A DNA stretch of 64,000 nt, taken from the NCBI RefSeq assembly GCF_964194025.1, contig NC_134476.1:56110001-56174000 (forward strand), in the 5' to 3' direction. The translations under genes and the position numbers were made by a program. Position 1 is the stretch's first letter. Every line of letters starts with the position of its first letter. The DNA is from Convolutriloba macropyga (lineage: Eukaryota). Positions 38,082 to 50,859 of the stretch are shown here, in pieces. The notes beneath the pieces were generated by a model that was given only the letters and a program-made list of their open reading frames with translations, ran no database searches and was not told the DNA's origin.

Positions 38082-38903
38082 TCAATGTATTCTTAAGGAT
38101 CGCAGCCAGGATCTAGCTTCTCCATTTAGACGGTACCGATCAAATATCACATTTTCTGGCCAGAAATCAGGAGAGTCGACGGCTGAGTATTGGAAATCAA
38201 AAACGCAGTGATACGATCTAGTTCTGGCTTCGTGACCACTTAGCTCTCGAATATGCAGTAGTGGAGTATTATTTTCATTGCAGAATGCTCTAATCCGTTC
38301 AGCATCAACTTCTTTGTTGAGTCGACCAATGTATACATGTCGCCGCGGAGGAGGCTTCGGGGGTGCAAAAGCAGTTCCGCCAGACCTGTTAGTGCCAAAA
38401 ACAGGTTTCTTCTTTCTCGGAATAACAACTTGAAACTCGGATAGTTCAGGCTGAGTGCCTGGGTCCACATGAGCAGCATTGCTAGCTTGCAAATCTTCAG
38501 AATCAGTACGCGATCGCTTGACTCGACTCGACGATTCAGATGAGGTACTTTCCGATCGTTTGTCATCAACCAACTGGGGAGGCCAGCCTCCAGTTCTCGT
38601 TTTTTTAGAAACGTTTGCAAAATTTCGCGGTTTAATGGTTTTCTTGACAACCGACTTCAAATCTGCCACATCCGCGCATAGTGTGTCCAGTCTCTTCAGC
38701 CTTTCCAAGACATTGGCAAGCATATCAGTAACAGACAGAGAAGCACACGATTTGAATTTCCAATGGATGCCGCACGAAATGGGGTCGCCATCAATCTTTA
38801 CGTTGAGACAGTCATAGTGAACAGATTTGACGCCACAAATGTCACAGTCAAAGTATTTACTATCGTCTATCACAGTAGTGCATAAGTCACAAGATTTGGA
38901 CAT
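38082..38903 (-). CDS. LINE ORF1: PHD-like finger, coiled coil, RRM-like domain
   Basis: CDLC..CDICG..HYDC..W.FKSC zinc ligands; LERLKRLDTLCADVADLK; HVYIGRLNKEVDAERIRAF. Confidence 0.8.
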   Translation of the reverse strand: MSKSCDLCTTVIDDSKYFDCDICGVKSVHYDCLNVKIDGDPISCGIHWKFKSCASLSVTDMLANVLERLKRLDTLCADVADLKSVVKKTIKPRNFANVSKKTRTGGWPPQLVDDKRSESTSSESSSRVKRSRTDSEDLQASNAAHVDPGTQPELSEFQVVIPRKKKPVFGTNRSGGTAFAPPKPPPRRHVYIGRLNKEVDAERIRAFCNENNTPLLHIRELSGHEARTRSYHCVFDFQYSAVDSPDFWPENVIFDRYRLNGEARSWLRSLRIH

Positions 38904-41900
38904 CGCAATCCCAAATAAAACTGCTCAATATGAATTGGGTGGAGGGGAATTGGAAAATAATTGCCTCAATCTAATCGTACACCTATGAATCCGTTTACCA
39001 CTGTAAACGGTAGCTTAGTAACTCTGACAATAACAAATGAGAACTGTAGACGATAGTCCAAGTTTGTTCGTCTTAGATACCAATTTATTATCATAAACCA
39101 GATCACTAAAATCCCTTCGTAGACAAGGGCTACCCAAGAATAAAATCTGGTTCGTCGACCAAATTAACTGAAACACTACTTATTAAATAGCAGAGAATGC
39201 TATTTAATAAGTTTATCACAACAATTAGGATAACAGTTAAAGCTGCTGATTTTGAACAGAGAGCGTTTTTCTTGTTTCAGATGTTGAAATTTGAGAAAAA
39301 ACGATTTTTTTTGCTGAATTAAGGTTGCTTCATGGGCTCAATTTTTGATTATGTACACTTTATATATACTTGCTGACTTTGCTACTGGTTTTGCAAAGAC
39401 AAAGTTTTCTAGTTTTTAGAAGATGGCTTTTTGGTAGTGCTGCTTTACTTAGGATCCACGAAACCTTCCAGCTAATATTTGAGACATTTTCTTGCTGCTG
39501 GAAAACTAATTGAGCTAGAAAACGCTTCCGCTTAATTAAATTTTTTAGGTTTGATTTATTTTGAAGAAGCTACGATTGCTGTTCTTCATCGTTTATGTGT
39601 TCCAATTGAAGATCAGGAAATAATTACATTAAAAAATTTACTTAGAGAAAAGAAATTGTTTGTCTAATCCACTGCTGTTTGATAAAAATTTGTTATCTTT
39701 CTCTATCTTCATTTTTTAAACAGGGTTGCAGGAATTAACAAATTTGGTCTTTTAAATAATCAAAATACCATCGGGAGTGGTACATTTGTTTTTCTCTGTT
39801 ATCCTTTTCTTCTGCAAATAATCTTTTCTTCTGGCAGTGACAGTAAGCTCTTCGATTTTCATTTTTCAGTTTTTCACCAATCTTTAATTGCCTCACTTTA
39901 GGCAATTGAGTTTCACCAGTTCTGATTTTTAAATGAGTTTTTATCACCATGTCTTCGTTGGAGGGGGGGGGGGTTATAACACTTTTACAATTTTGATAAT
40001 TTACAAATCATTTTCATTTGATCCTTAGAATATCAAAAATTAATAGTCTTTTATTCTCATAGACGACTTACAACTAGATGTAGTCCTCATCTCTTGCGGA
40101 ACGCTTTACCTACAAATGTATAATTTGTTACCATTTTTCAGTTAATATCTGCCAATCAGCAGTTTTGTGGAGTAAGCAAACTTTCAATCTACAGGATTGG
40201 TTGATTGGAAGCATTTTTCAAAGAGAAATTAACAGCATCCAATTTAATTCAAATAAAGCTTCCATAGGACAAAAAATTTTATAACATTTGTTTTGTGAGG
40301 TTCATGAAAAGCATCCAAAGACGTAGCTTCAACAAGAAATTTGAGAGTGCGAGAAATTGTTAAAAATCAACTTTGAAGACGACAAAACGAGTCGCATTTT
40401 TATGAAAATTACCTGAACTCTTTGAAAATGAAAATTGAAATGGAGCAGACAAGATATAAGGGGATGCTTTTCAAGACAATAAATTTTCATTCCGTATGGA
40501 GTTGGAGTCTTCGCAAGTCGTTGAAAAAATTTGCTGTTTAAACAGCGCTTGATTTTTCGCATTTGGAGGGAATGAGGAAATGAGATTCATCCTATTGCCA
40601 CATATCCCTTAAACAAGTTCGTTAAGTTTTTACAAGGATCAGAGAAAAGAATAAAAAATTAAATTTCTTACTAATGACGTTTTCAACAGATAGGATGGCA
40701 AAAAACCGGCAACAGTTAAAACTGCCAATTTTGAACAGATAGCGTTTTGCTTGTTTCAGATGTTCAAATTTGAGAAAAAACGATTTTTTTTCTGAATTAA
40801 GGTTCTTTCATGGGCCCAATTTTTGATTAAGTACACTTAATGTATACTTGCTGACTTTGATACTGGTTTTACAAAGAAATTGTTTTCCAGTTTTTAGAAG
40901 ATGGCCTATTGGTAGTGCTGCTTTACTTATCATCCACGAAACCTTCCAGCTAATATTTAAGACATTTTCTTGCTGCTGGAAAACTAATTGAGCTAGAAAA
41001 CGCTTCCGCTTAATTAAATTTTTTTAGGTTTGGATTTTTTGTTTGAAGAAGCTACGGTTGCTGTTCTTCATCGTTTATGTGTTCCAATTGAAGATCATGA
41101 ACTAATTTATTGAAAAAATTTACTTAGACAGTAGAAATTCTTTGTCAAATCCACTGCCGTTTGATAACAATTTTTCATCTTTCTCTACCCTCATTTTTTA
41201 AACACAGCTGCAGTAATAAACAAAGCTTGGTCTTTTATATAATCAAAATACAATCGGGAGTGGTACATTTGTTTTTCTCTGTTGTCCCTATCTTCTGCAA
41301 ATAATCTTTTCTTATGGCAGTGACAGTGATTTCATCGATTTTCAATTTTCAGTTTTTCAGCAATCTTTAATTGCCTCACTCCAGGCAATTGAGTTTCACC
41401 AGTTCTGATTTTTAACCGAGTTTTTATCACCATGCCTGCGTCGGAAGGAGAGGGGGCAGTTATAACACTTTTACGTTTTTGAAAATATGGAAATCACTTT
41501 CATCTGATTCTTAGAATATCAAAAATTAATGATCTCTTATGCTCATTGACGACTTACAACTAGATGTAGTCTTCATCTCTTGCGGAACGCCTTACCTACA
41601 AATGTATAAATTCCTAGCATTTCTCTGTTAATTTCTGCCAATCAGCAATTTTGTGGAGTCAGGAAATTTTCACCCTACGGGATTGGTAGATTGGAAGCGT
41701 TTTTCAAGGAGAAATTAAAAGCATCCATTATAATTCGAATAAAAAATTTCCATAGGACAAAAAATTTTATATCATTTGTTTTGTGAGGTTCATGAAAAGA
41801 ATCCAAAGACGTAGCTTCAACAAGAAAATTGAGGCTGCGAGAAATTGTGAATAATCAAATTTGAAGACGACAAAAACATTTGCATTTTTTTTTTAAAAAT

Positions 41901-42899
41901 TACCTAAACTCTTTGCCAATGAAAATTGAAATGGAGCAGACAAGATATAATGAGATGCATTTCAAGACACTCAATTTTCATTCCGATAGCATTTGGAGTC
42001 TTCGCATGCCGCTGAAAAAAAGTGCTGTTAAAACAGCGGTTGATTTTTTGCTTTTGGAGGGAGTGAGGGCTTGAGAGTCCCATGAGATTCATCAGTTTGC
42101 CACACATCCTTTAAACAAATTTGTTGAGTTTTTTTACAAGGTTCAGATAAAAGAATAAAAAATCAAATTTCTTACAGGTGACGTTTTCAACAGACAAGAT
42201 GGCAAAAAACTGACAACAGTTAAAGCTGCCGATTTTGAACAGATAGCGTTTTGCTTGTTTCAGATGTTCAAATTTGAGAAAAAACGATTTTTTTTCTCAA
42301 TTAGGGTTCTTTCATGGGCTCAATTTTTGATTACGTACACTTAATGTATACTTGCTGACTTTGATACTCGTTTTAAAAGAAATTGTTTTCCAGTTTTTAG
42401 AAGATGGCCTATTGGTAGTGCTGCTTTACTTAGGATCCACGAAACCTTCCAGCTAATATTTAAGACATTTTCTTGCTGCTGGAAAACTAATTGAGGTAGA
42501 AAACGCTTCCGCTTAATTGATTGTTTGAAGTTTTTTTTTGTTTAAAGAAGCTACAATTGCTACTCTTCATCGGTTATAAGTTCCAATTGATGATCAGGAA
42601 CTAATTTTTTTAAAAAAATTACCTAGAGAATAGAAATTATATTTCTCTACCTTCATTTTTTAAACAGGGTTGCAGAAATTAACAAAGCATGGTCCTTTGA
42701 ACAATCAATATACCTTCGGGACTCGTATTTCTAATATGAGATCTAAAATTGCTCTGAAACCCAATCGATTTTTCCATATGAAAAAGAGGGTCTTCTTTTG
42801 CTGTGTTTTCTTTAATCCAATTTTTTTGTTTCTGATATGATAACAGTTACAGTGATATAAGTATTGCAGCAATTTTTTTTTATTGCTTCAAGAAAATTT

Positions 42900-44940
42900 T
42901 TTAATTTTCGTTATTGCGTGTCGCAATTATATTGTTCTCATTGTAATAGAAAACATTTGACTTTACGAACTTTGTTTGCAGAAAAGTTTCATGGTATTTT
43001 TCCATGCGACATTAATTACGTTGAATTGTATCAACCTATGCAAGCGATAAGCATGCCACCGAAGCGCGGAAAAAAATTAAAGCCTTGTCTTTTGCCCTTT
43101 CGTTTTTTAACGGATTTTTTTATCGAATACAGTTTGTTTTCTTTGTCACTCAGTGGCCATCCACTGATTGCAGTTTTCCATTTGTCAAAGCTCGCAACGC
43201 AATCGGTCATTCTCTACATCGAACACCTCTGCTGCTTTGCCATTTTTAGCTGCTTTGAGTGTGAAACAGACAATTCCTGTTTCACTGAGGTTATCACTTT
43301 CTCCTGTTTGGCTGTTCTGAGTCCCGTTTAAATTAATTTGCCTCTTAGCGCCTCACAATCAACGCTCAAACTACTCTTTGCGTTTTTGCCTCTTTAACCT
43401 TGTTGCAATGATTATCAAGTTTTTGTCAAAGCTCGATTCAGTGAAGTGAAGAGTATACAGCTTTTAGTGGTTGGACACTCATTTTTGTTACTGTTCCGCT
43501 ACAGCTCGTAAAAAACGGGCCCAAAATCTGAAAATTCCTAAAGTTCTGGAGTAGAAACCGCCACACTGTAAAAGCCCGAGGAAATCCAGGATAGAAGTTT
43601 GAAGAACTCTGGCAAATAAAATATATAATTACCAAATACATAAGTGTGGCATCAATGACTGCTTTGTTGAATAAAAATTACTTTTTTATCCAACATTTGC
43701 ATAATTCTTAGTCTTCAACTCAAAAGTTTTTTCTCTTTTATCTGATCATGAACTCTACGATTTTTTGGCTTTGAACTGCAAGACATTTTTTATTGTTTTC
43801 CTTTTTTGAAATTGGCTTGCTACGTGTAAAATATTCTAATCGTGATTTCAAGATAATTTTCTTCTTTTAAACCGAGGCGTTGCCATTTTTGTTTGGTAAC
43901 TAACCGAAGACAGTTTCCTTTGCTGATTTCGTTCTATACTTGATGTTTTTAATTAAGCGAACGAATTGTTCAAAGACTTTTTGTCGTTAGCGGATTTTTT
44001 CAACATCGGTGCTTGGTAATTGATTGGATTAACTGCATAAACTGTTCAAAGAGACCCTGCAATATCTTTGCTTGTTAAAAAATACACAAATTTTTAGTTT
44101 TTACGAAAAACCGTTTTTTCCTTTAACAGCGAAATTGTTGTATCTGAGCTGGCTGTTCCGATATTCTAGTATTTCGGACATCCAAATCTCACTATCCAAT
44201 AATCAACCACGCCCTGCCACGAACTTTGTCTCATGTTTGGTTAAAACTATGGCTCATTTTCACTAACTCAAATGACCTCCGATAAGCATTATGTAATTGT
44301 TTCTTGATAATCGAGAAGGGGACCTTGGACTTTGGAATCATTTTTTGGAATTTTAATGCCAGTACTTTGGAATCAAGTTTTGGAATGCTTCTCAACTGGT
44401 AGTTCCATTACAGTCGTGGTGAGTTGTTCGAGCAAGTAAAATCCTTTTTTATGTCTGGCAATGAGAAAAGACTACATTTTAGTTCCTGGCACAAATTTTT
44501 AGGCCATATTTATCAGCAACTGGTGAAACTCATGAAACAACTCGCAACTTTTTGGGATAATCCTATCAATCTTTGAATTTTCAACCGTTGAATCCAAATA
44601 AAGTTGTGCATCGTTATGACAACTTTGCTTGCGTTGATTCTCGAAAAAACTCATCAGCTTGTCTTCAAACTGTATTGTTCGATAAAAGCTGTTCTGGAAA
44701 GAACTTTGGGGTCTTTATAAACTTATAGATTTTCTTGTAGCAGTTTATCGAAATATTCTCTGAGACTCACCTTTTTTTGAAACACTTGGCTTTTTTAAGG
44801 TCATACGTGGTGTATACCACTTCACACATGAAAGTTTTTAGGTTCAACTGTGTCTAAAGTTCAGCATAGACTAGACGACCGTCTTCCATATTTTCCTTAT
44901 TTTTGAAATCTGTTATCACGCTTTGTACTGTGATACGATG
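42900..44940 (-). mobile_element. Decayed Gypsy-like integrase 3' fragment and flanking sequence
   Basis: Minus-strand GPF-module-like GGTCCCCTTCTCGATTATC..CATAATGCTTAT at ~44285-44325; 44175-44324 is homologous to 46725-46876. Confidence 0.45.
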
Positions 44941-44946
44941 ATTAAA

Positions 44947-46200
44947 TAGTAGTAGTAGTAGTAAAAGACTTGAATTACCTTTAAGAGGATGTACAGTAAA
45001 ACAAATAATACTATAATAAGGTGCAGTACATAAATTTTATTTAAAAAGGTCCAGCAGCAGGTTGTTTATTTTATAAAAGTCCAGCAGCAGGTTGTGAATT
45101 GTGGTTTGTCGGGAAAATTTCGACTTGAAAAAATTAATACTGATATTCAGGAGATCGGCAGCGTCGTTTACCAGTCTCTCAACACGGAAGAAAAAATATT
45201 TTTCGGTGAGTCGTTTTCTCGATCTCGTAAGGACCAGGCGTTCCAGATTCTGCGCTCGTAAGTTAACGGATTTTTTTTTCAATTTTGAAGTAATCATCGA
45301 AACTAATGCAGTTCTTTTCATTCACTATTGCCAGAAGAAATCGAAGATCACGTTCAATGAGTTGATAACTGATCGGCAACGAATGAGACTTCTGTAATAA
45401 CTTTTCATAGTTATCACAACCGAAACACCAACGAAGTCCATGATAATACAAATTTTCAAGCTTCCGAAGTTCACAAATATCAGGGTACCAAGCAGGGTAA
45501 CCGTACAATAACACAGAGATAACACATGCTTTGTATAGATTGAATTTAACTCCAGAGGAAAGATTTGAAGGAACACTATGCTTCAAATAATTTAGAGCTC
45601 TACAAGCTTTGACCAATTTGATCTTTAAATGAGCTCCCCACTTGAGTGAACTAGATACTTCAACACCCAGGTCGCTGACTTGTTCGAGCCAAGATAGTTC
45701 GTCGTTTCCGATAAACAAGGCGTCGGTGGATGTCCTGTTGAAATATAGGTAGCCACTCTTCTGAGTTTTGAAAGAAAGTGAATTACAATAAGACCGTAAT
45801 CTAAGAGCACAAAGATCGTGTTGAACAGATTGTACGCAAGAATTGTTTTGGCATACAAGTTTGGCATCATCGTCAAAGCAGAACAAATTTGAAAAATCAG
45901 GAACTTCATGCATGTCATCAATGGAAATCAAAAATAGAATAGGTCTCAACACACTGCCTTGCGGCACACCACTAGAGATAGGTAACCAATGCGACAAAAT
46001 GTTACTAATTTTAACTCTTTGTTTCCTATCTTCAAGATAAGAGGCAATAAGGACCACGAAATTTTCGTCAAAACCAAAGTTAGTCGGCTTCACGAGCAGA
46101 TAGGGGTGATCAACTGAATCGATTAAATTTTTTTCTTGAAACAATATTGTCCAAATTGTGTTCCCGGAAATTTATGAAAAATGACGGCTAAACCAATAAA
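44947..46200 (-). mobile_element. 5'-truncated CR1-like LINE, defective RT fragment
   Basis: ORF 45263-46144: SYLEDRKQRV, GVPQGSVLRPILF, FDDDAKL (degenerate FADD), DLGV; short (TAC)n tail at ~44948-44963. Confidence 0.8.
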
Positions 46201-46222
46201 GTTAGAACTGCCAGACACAAAC

Positions 46223-46224
<2 letters not shown>

Positions 46225-46284
<60 letters not shown>
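46225..46284. repeat. (TA)n microsatellite, ~30 units
   Basis: Seen directly. Confidence 0.97.
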
Positions 46285-46286
<2 letters not shown>

Positions 46287-46699
46287 GTTCTCTCTGAGTT
46301 TCTCCCTCTTAATTCTTTCTAAGCTTTCCTAACGCAAAATTAATGTCAGTTCTCTTTTTCCTAAAATGTTCTTTATCTTGCTCTGTAAACAATTCAGCTA
46401 TTTTTGGTGCTCTTTACGCATTTTGATTTTTTTCCCAAAAGTTTTCACTCAAACTCAATTAGTGCAAGATTTTTTTCTGGTTTGGCATTTTGTAATTGTG
46501 CGGCTCTCATCTCATTAACGTCCAGTGAGGTCTCATAGGTTATTTTCTTCTTTGATTCATCGATCTTTTTTTCCATTACCTTACCCTTTAGCGGTTTTTT
46601 GTTTGATCAGTCATCTCGTTCCCTTGTTGTTTTTAAGATTTTTTGGAAGTCTCTCGTAGTCGCCGTTGACTGCAACGACCAATAAGACTTTTTGAAACA

Positions 46700-49600
46700 A
46701 CGTTTGGCCATTGGTCGCTGTGAACGGACATCCAAATCTCACTATCCAATAATCAACAAGGCCCCTGCCACGATTTTTGTCTTATGTTAGGTTAAAACTA
46801 TGGTTTATTTTCATTTATTCAAATGACATCAAATATGCATTATGTAATTGTTTTTTGATAATCGGGAAGGGGAACCATAATATCTAAAAACTTTGCCTAA
46901 ATGGAGGACCAAGTGGTCATTTAGTGAGTGAACGTCAATGTTCCGGTTTAATGTTTTGCATTTTGTACACTTCAAAAGCTGTATCTAATTTTTACTTTAT
47001 TTCTCGTGCCTGGACAAAAAAATCTTTCATAAGTTTTTCTGACGTTTTTTTTCTTTTTCCTTTTTCCCATTTTTTCCGCCAGGAAAGTCTTGAAAAAGTT
47101 CAAGCACAGTGCATCTTCTCTCTCTTTCTCATGGTTTTACCACTTGATAAACAGTTTCAAAAGTCGATTCCTTTTCGTGTTTTTGATAGAAAGTCTCTTC
47201 AGAGAGGCAAAGACGTGCATCCTAATCCCAGTATTACTCTGCTGCGTTGTTAGATGCATTTTTCGATTGTCTAGGGTCAGATTTTTTTAATGACCTTCAA
47301 CGGAAGCTGTTTGCTCCTGAGCTTCCACTTTTATACCTCAAAAACCGTCGGCGAGTTGAATTTTTGATCATTTTCTTCTTTGATGTCAAAATAAAATTGT
47401 TCACTCTTGCGATCTCTGCTTTCAATCTTGCGAGCCTGCCTTTTCTTTCTGTGAAATCAATTGTTCAGGCAGTAACCCTGTGATCAATTACGGCTGAAAA
47501 TTGCTGGCCAAATAAATAATTTTTAAAATGGTGCGTAAGACAAACGTTTTTATTAAATAAAACTTTCTACATTCTGAGTAGTAACAAAGACGTTTCTTCA
47601 AAGATCTGCTAGCATAAGAAAAACAGTGTCCTCTATAAGACATCACGGTATGACCTAGGAGCATCCCTTAAAAAAGTATGAAAATTAATATCATTTAGTA
47701 ATTCTAACTGGCTAGGTTTTCTGAAAGTTTTTTCTAAATTGGTTACAGCACCCTTGTACTATGTGCTGCACCCGAATTCATTTGAGTAGTTTACTTAATT
47801 GTTAAAAAACTCTGCAGTTTTCCTAAAACCCAGAATTAACTTTCAATAATACTCAACGAGGCCTAGAAAGGCCCTGACTGTTTTTCAGAGAAAAAATCTT
47901 TTTTCGTTTTACAGAACTTAATTGCTCTGGGTCGACCTCAACTCTCTGATATAATTTCATTATTATTGAAGAAGTTGCATTTTCATCCTTCAATTTTTAG
48001 TTCAATCTCCGTTGGAACACCATTTTCAACCATTTGAGATCTTGAGTTTATCTCCCAAAAACGATGCCTTAGTCTAGATAAACTTGAGTTTTTTCTTAAG
48101 AAAGGCCAGAAGAAATAATTTTATTACTTTCTGAAAAACTGCTGGCCACAATGCTAGTCCCAGTGGAAACGTCTTCCACATTACAAGCCTAGGGTTGACA
48201 TAGACACCACACCGTGAAATTTTGGCTCTCTTCGTGCGAAATTTGAAAGTGACTCATCAAAGGACCTATGTTTGGGAAGTACTTGCAGGTTTCCCTCCAC
48301 CGTATCATTGACATACTTTATTGGTGGAAACGGCCCGCATGTTGGTTTGTTCAGACTCCCAGAATTCTGAAACTAAACGACAGGTAGCGTCGTTTTTGTA
48401 CCAGTAATGATGGTGCTGCCCAGTTGGAGTATGCTGAATTGCCTGAGTCATCTTGTTCCAAATCTTCAGGAAAAAATTTATGGCTCTTCGTTTTTTGAAA
48501 CTTTCGTTGGTACACCTGAGTGGAGCAGTTTTTTTCTATTTTTAGTCTAATATAAATTTGGTAACAAAGCTCCTTTAATAGCTCAATTTCGCAAAACCTC
48601 ATTTGAGTCTCGTTCATAAGCTTCCAGTATTTCCAATTTCCTCCCAAGACAAATTCCATGAACTAGAGTTCACTTGCGTCTCAAGTCAAATAAAAGGGTT
48701 TTCTACTGGACTCTTGGTTGTTCTGCCTCCTGAAATGTTTTGTCTGATTTGTTTTGAGAACTTTTTGAAAGTCTCTTTGCATGGGGTCCTCACAATTTTT
48801 TACCCTCTGAAGAGGGTTTGAAAACTCAAACCCCAACGACATCATCAACAATTTTTTGATGATCTTGCTATTAACAAATGCAATTTCTTTGAACTCAAAT
48901 GGTGGCGGTGTCTGCTAAAGTTTTTGTTTGTTGTGTTTTGTTACCCTTCTCCCAAAATTACTTTTTAATTATTACTTTGCAATGGAAAAGTATTTTGTGG
49001 TCCTCTGCTGAGATTTATGAAATATCTTATATTTCGGTTTGTAAGAATAGTTGCAAATTATCCGGATTTAACAGAATTATCCAGTAAATTTTGTTTTTGG
49101 GTAGAATGCAAATGTATAAAAGTTCTTTGCCGATTAAAAAAGCGTTATCTCAATTTTGTTCTTTAGATATTCAATAGTTGTTGTACAATTCAAAAGGCGT
49201 TATTTTGTTGTTGTTAGCTTTTTTATTGCAACTTCGGATCTGTTCGGGCTCTCCCTGTTGCTTGTGGAGCGATTCGCATACGAAATTCACACCACTCCCA
49301 CTGTCAATTAAAATAAATATCATTCTGTGTTTTTTGCCATTTTTCGACATAAAACGCTTCCACTGGGCTCTCTCCGGCACTCAAGGTTTTTAAGTCTTTT
49401 TTTCAAAAAAAAACGCTCTGCCATCCTCAGCTTTTTTTTTAATTTAGGGAGAACTCCTTTGCAATAAGTTGGGCTTCTAAATTTAAAACGTTTTTGGCAT
49501 ATGTGCTTATGGTTAATCTGCAAATCTCTAATGCAAAAAACATATGCTTCTGTTTTCACGTTCGTGTGTTTGCAATTGCGCTATTCTGTCATAATTGTTT

Positions 49601-50120
49601 TCTTTATGATCAGCTTTGCTTCTCCTCTACTTTCAACGATTTTCATTTTTTCACCATTTTATCTTGGCTCTTGTTCCCTACCGCGCAAATCTTTTGGCTT
49701 TAATCTCTGCGATGAGAATCTTTGTTTATCTTGTCCGCTACGTTGATTAGACCGCAAGGTTTTCAAAAGCTCATCAATCAAAGCAACTAAATGATAACTT
49801 TCGTTGGACTCGATGGCCGAAACCCACGGTTCCTTGCCCTCTTCTTCAACCCACATGAATGGTACTAATTGTAGTTCTCTTTCTAATGATTGCTCTGAAG
49901 TTATATTTGCGTCACCTAACTTCTATCTCAGGTCTACCCGCACTTCATTACTTTTGTATATCTTAGAAGGGTCCCTTCAAAATATGTTTTCTCCTTATCA
50001 CAGTGGTTATTATCAAAATTTAATTTTTTTTTTCAAAAATCGGGACTCACTTGACTATTATCCCCAGGACAACTTTCGATTGCCTGTTATAATTGATTTC
50101 TGAACACTTTCAGGGTCTCA
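46700..50120 (-). mobile_element. Decayed Ty3/Gypsy LTR retrotransposon internal region
   Basis: Aspartyl protease ILIDSGSGVNFV (49171-49380); RT start YSNWAAPSLLVQK (~48400); GPF-like module ~46850; order gag-PR-RT-INT on the minus strand; many stops and frameshifts. Confidence 0.75.
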
Positions 50121-50859
50121 TCACGGCTCTGCCTGGTATCCTCAGAAAGTTTACTATAAAATCAAAGGCCCACTTTTGTAACTGACAAGAAAAAATTTGC
50201 AGCCGTTCGTAAATTGCGTTCTCAGTGCCCCTCCATGTTTCTTGGCTACTATCAAAATCGTGACAAGAGCTAAGAAACTGTAAACAAAACTTTCAAATTC
50301 ATTTGATTGCAAAAAAGATACCGGTAACAGCATTTTTGAGTAGTGCAGCGCCATCCAGCGTTCTTTAAAAGCTGTTCTTTTTCATGTCATTTCATTAATT
50401 TTGTTAAATAGTCCGAATATTTTTTGAAACCCAGTTCAACAGCTTTAAAACTCTTAGAACATTGTTTTTTTCTAGTAGAGATACAATAAAAATCTGATGT
50501 TCAACAATGATTTATCAGTCAATTTATCTCCAAATACAGTAGAAATTGATTTATCAACGAAACTTTGTTTTACAAAACAAACTTGTACGACCCAATTTTT
50601 GCTCTTCTAATTTTTGAGTACCCATAAAAAATTTTGAGTTTGCACTCCTTCCGGTCGAACCCAAAAAGTTTACTGTTTCTTTTTTTGCCTTTGAAATCCG
50701 TACAACACTCATTTTTAAGGTGTAACCGTTCTCTATTTTTTTTAGTCATTTTCGCCACAGTAGCAGCCTCCCTGTGCATTATACTAAACCTTTAATTTAA
50801 GAGTGGTCATTTTGAAAATACAAAAAATGAGGTTGAATTATTCAGGTGTTCAAACAGAC

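Larger units (their letters stand above)
35194..39228 (-). mobile_element. Near full-length L2-clade-like non-LTR retrotransposon (LINE)
   Basis: ORF1 plus APE-RT ORF2; (TAA)n tail at 35194-35237; GATAAC direct repeat at 35188-35193 and 39229-39234; the satellite unit resumes in register after it. Confidence 0.92.
28300..42720. repeat. Macrosatellite, ~1.48-1.51-kb unit, ~7 copies, interrupted by a LINE
   Basis: Unit marker TTT(G)TTTTCTCTG.TG.C..TT.CTTCTGCAA recurs at ~28305, 29800, 31310, 32790, 34270, 39785 and 41265; identical or near-identical short ORFs offset by 1508 and 1478 bp. Confidence 0.95.

Noticed and set aside
36122-38817. Plus-strand ORFs overlapping the LINE, and similar antisense ORFs at 59715-61106
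   Set aside because: Antisense shadows of the retroelement coding frames with no independent motifs.
28937-42107. Repeated ~67-aa ORFs in the macrosatellite as a tandem gene family
   Set aside because: Non-ATG starts, frame not conserved across all units, no splice structure or protein motif; explained by DNA repetition.
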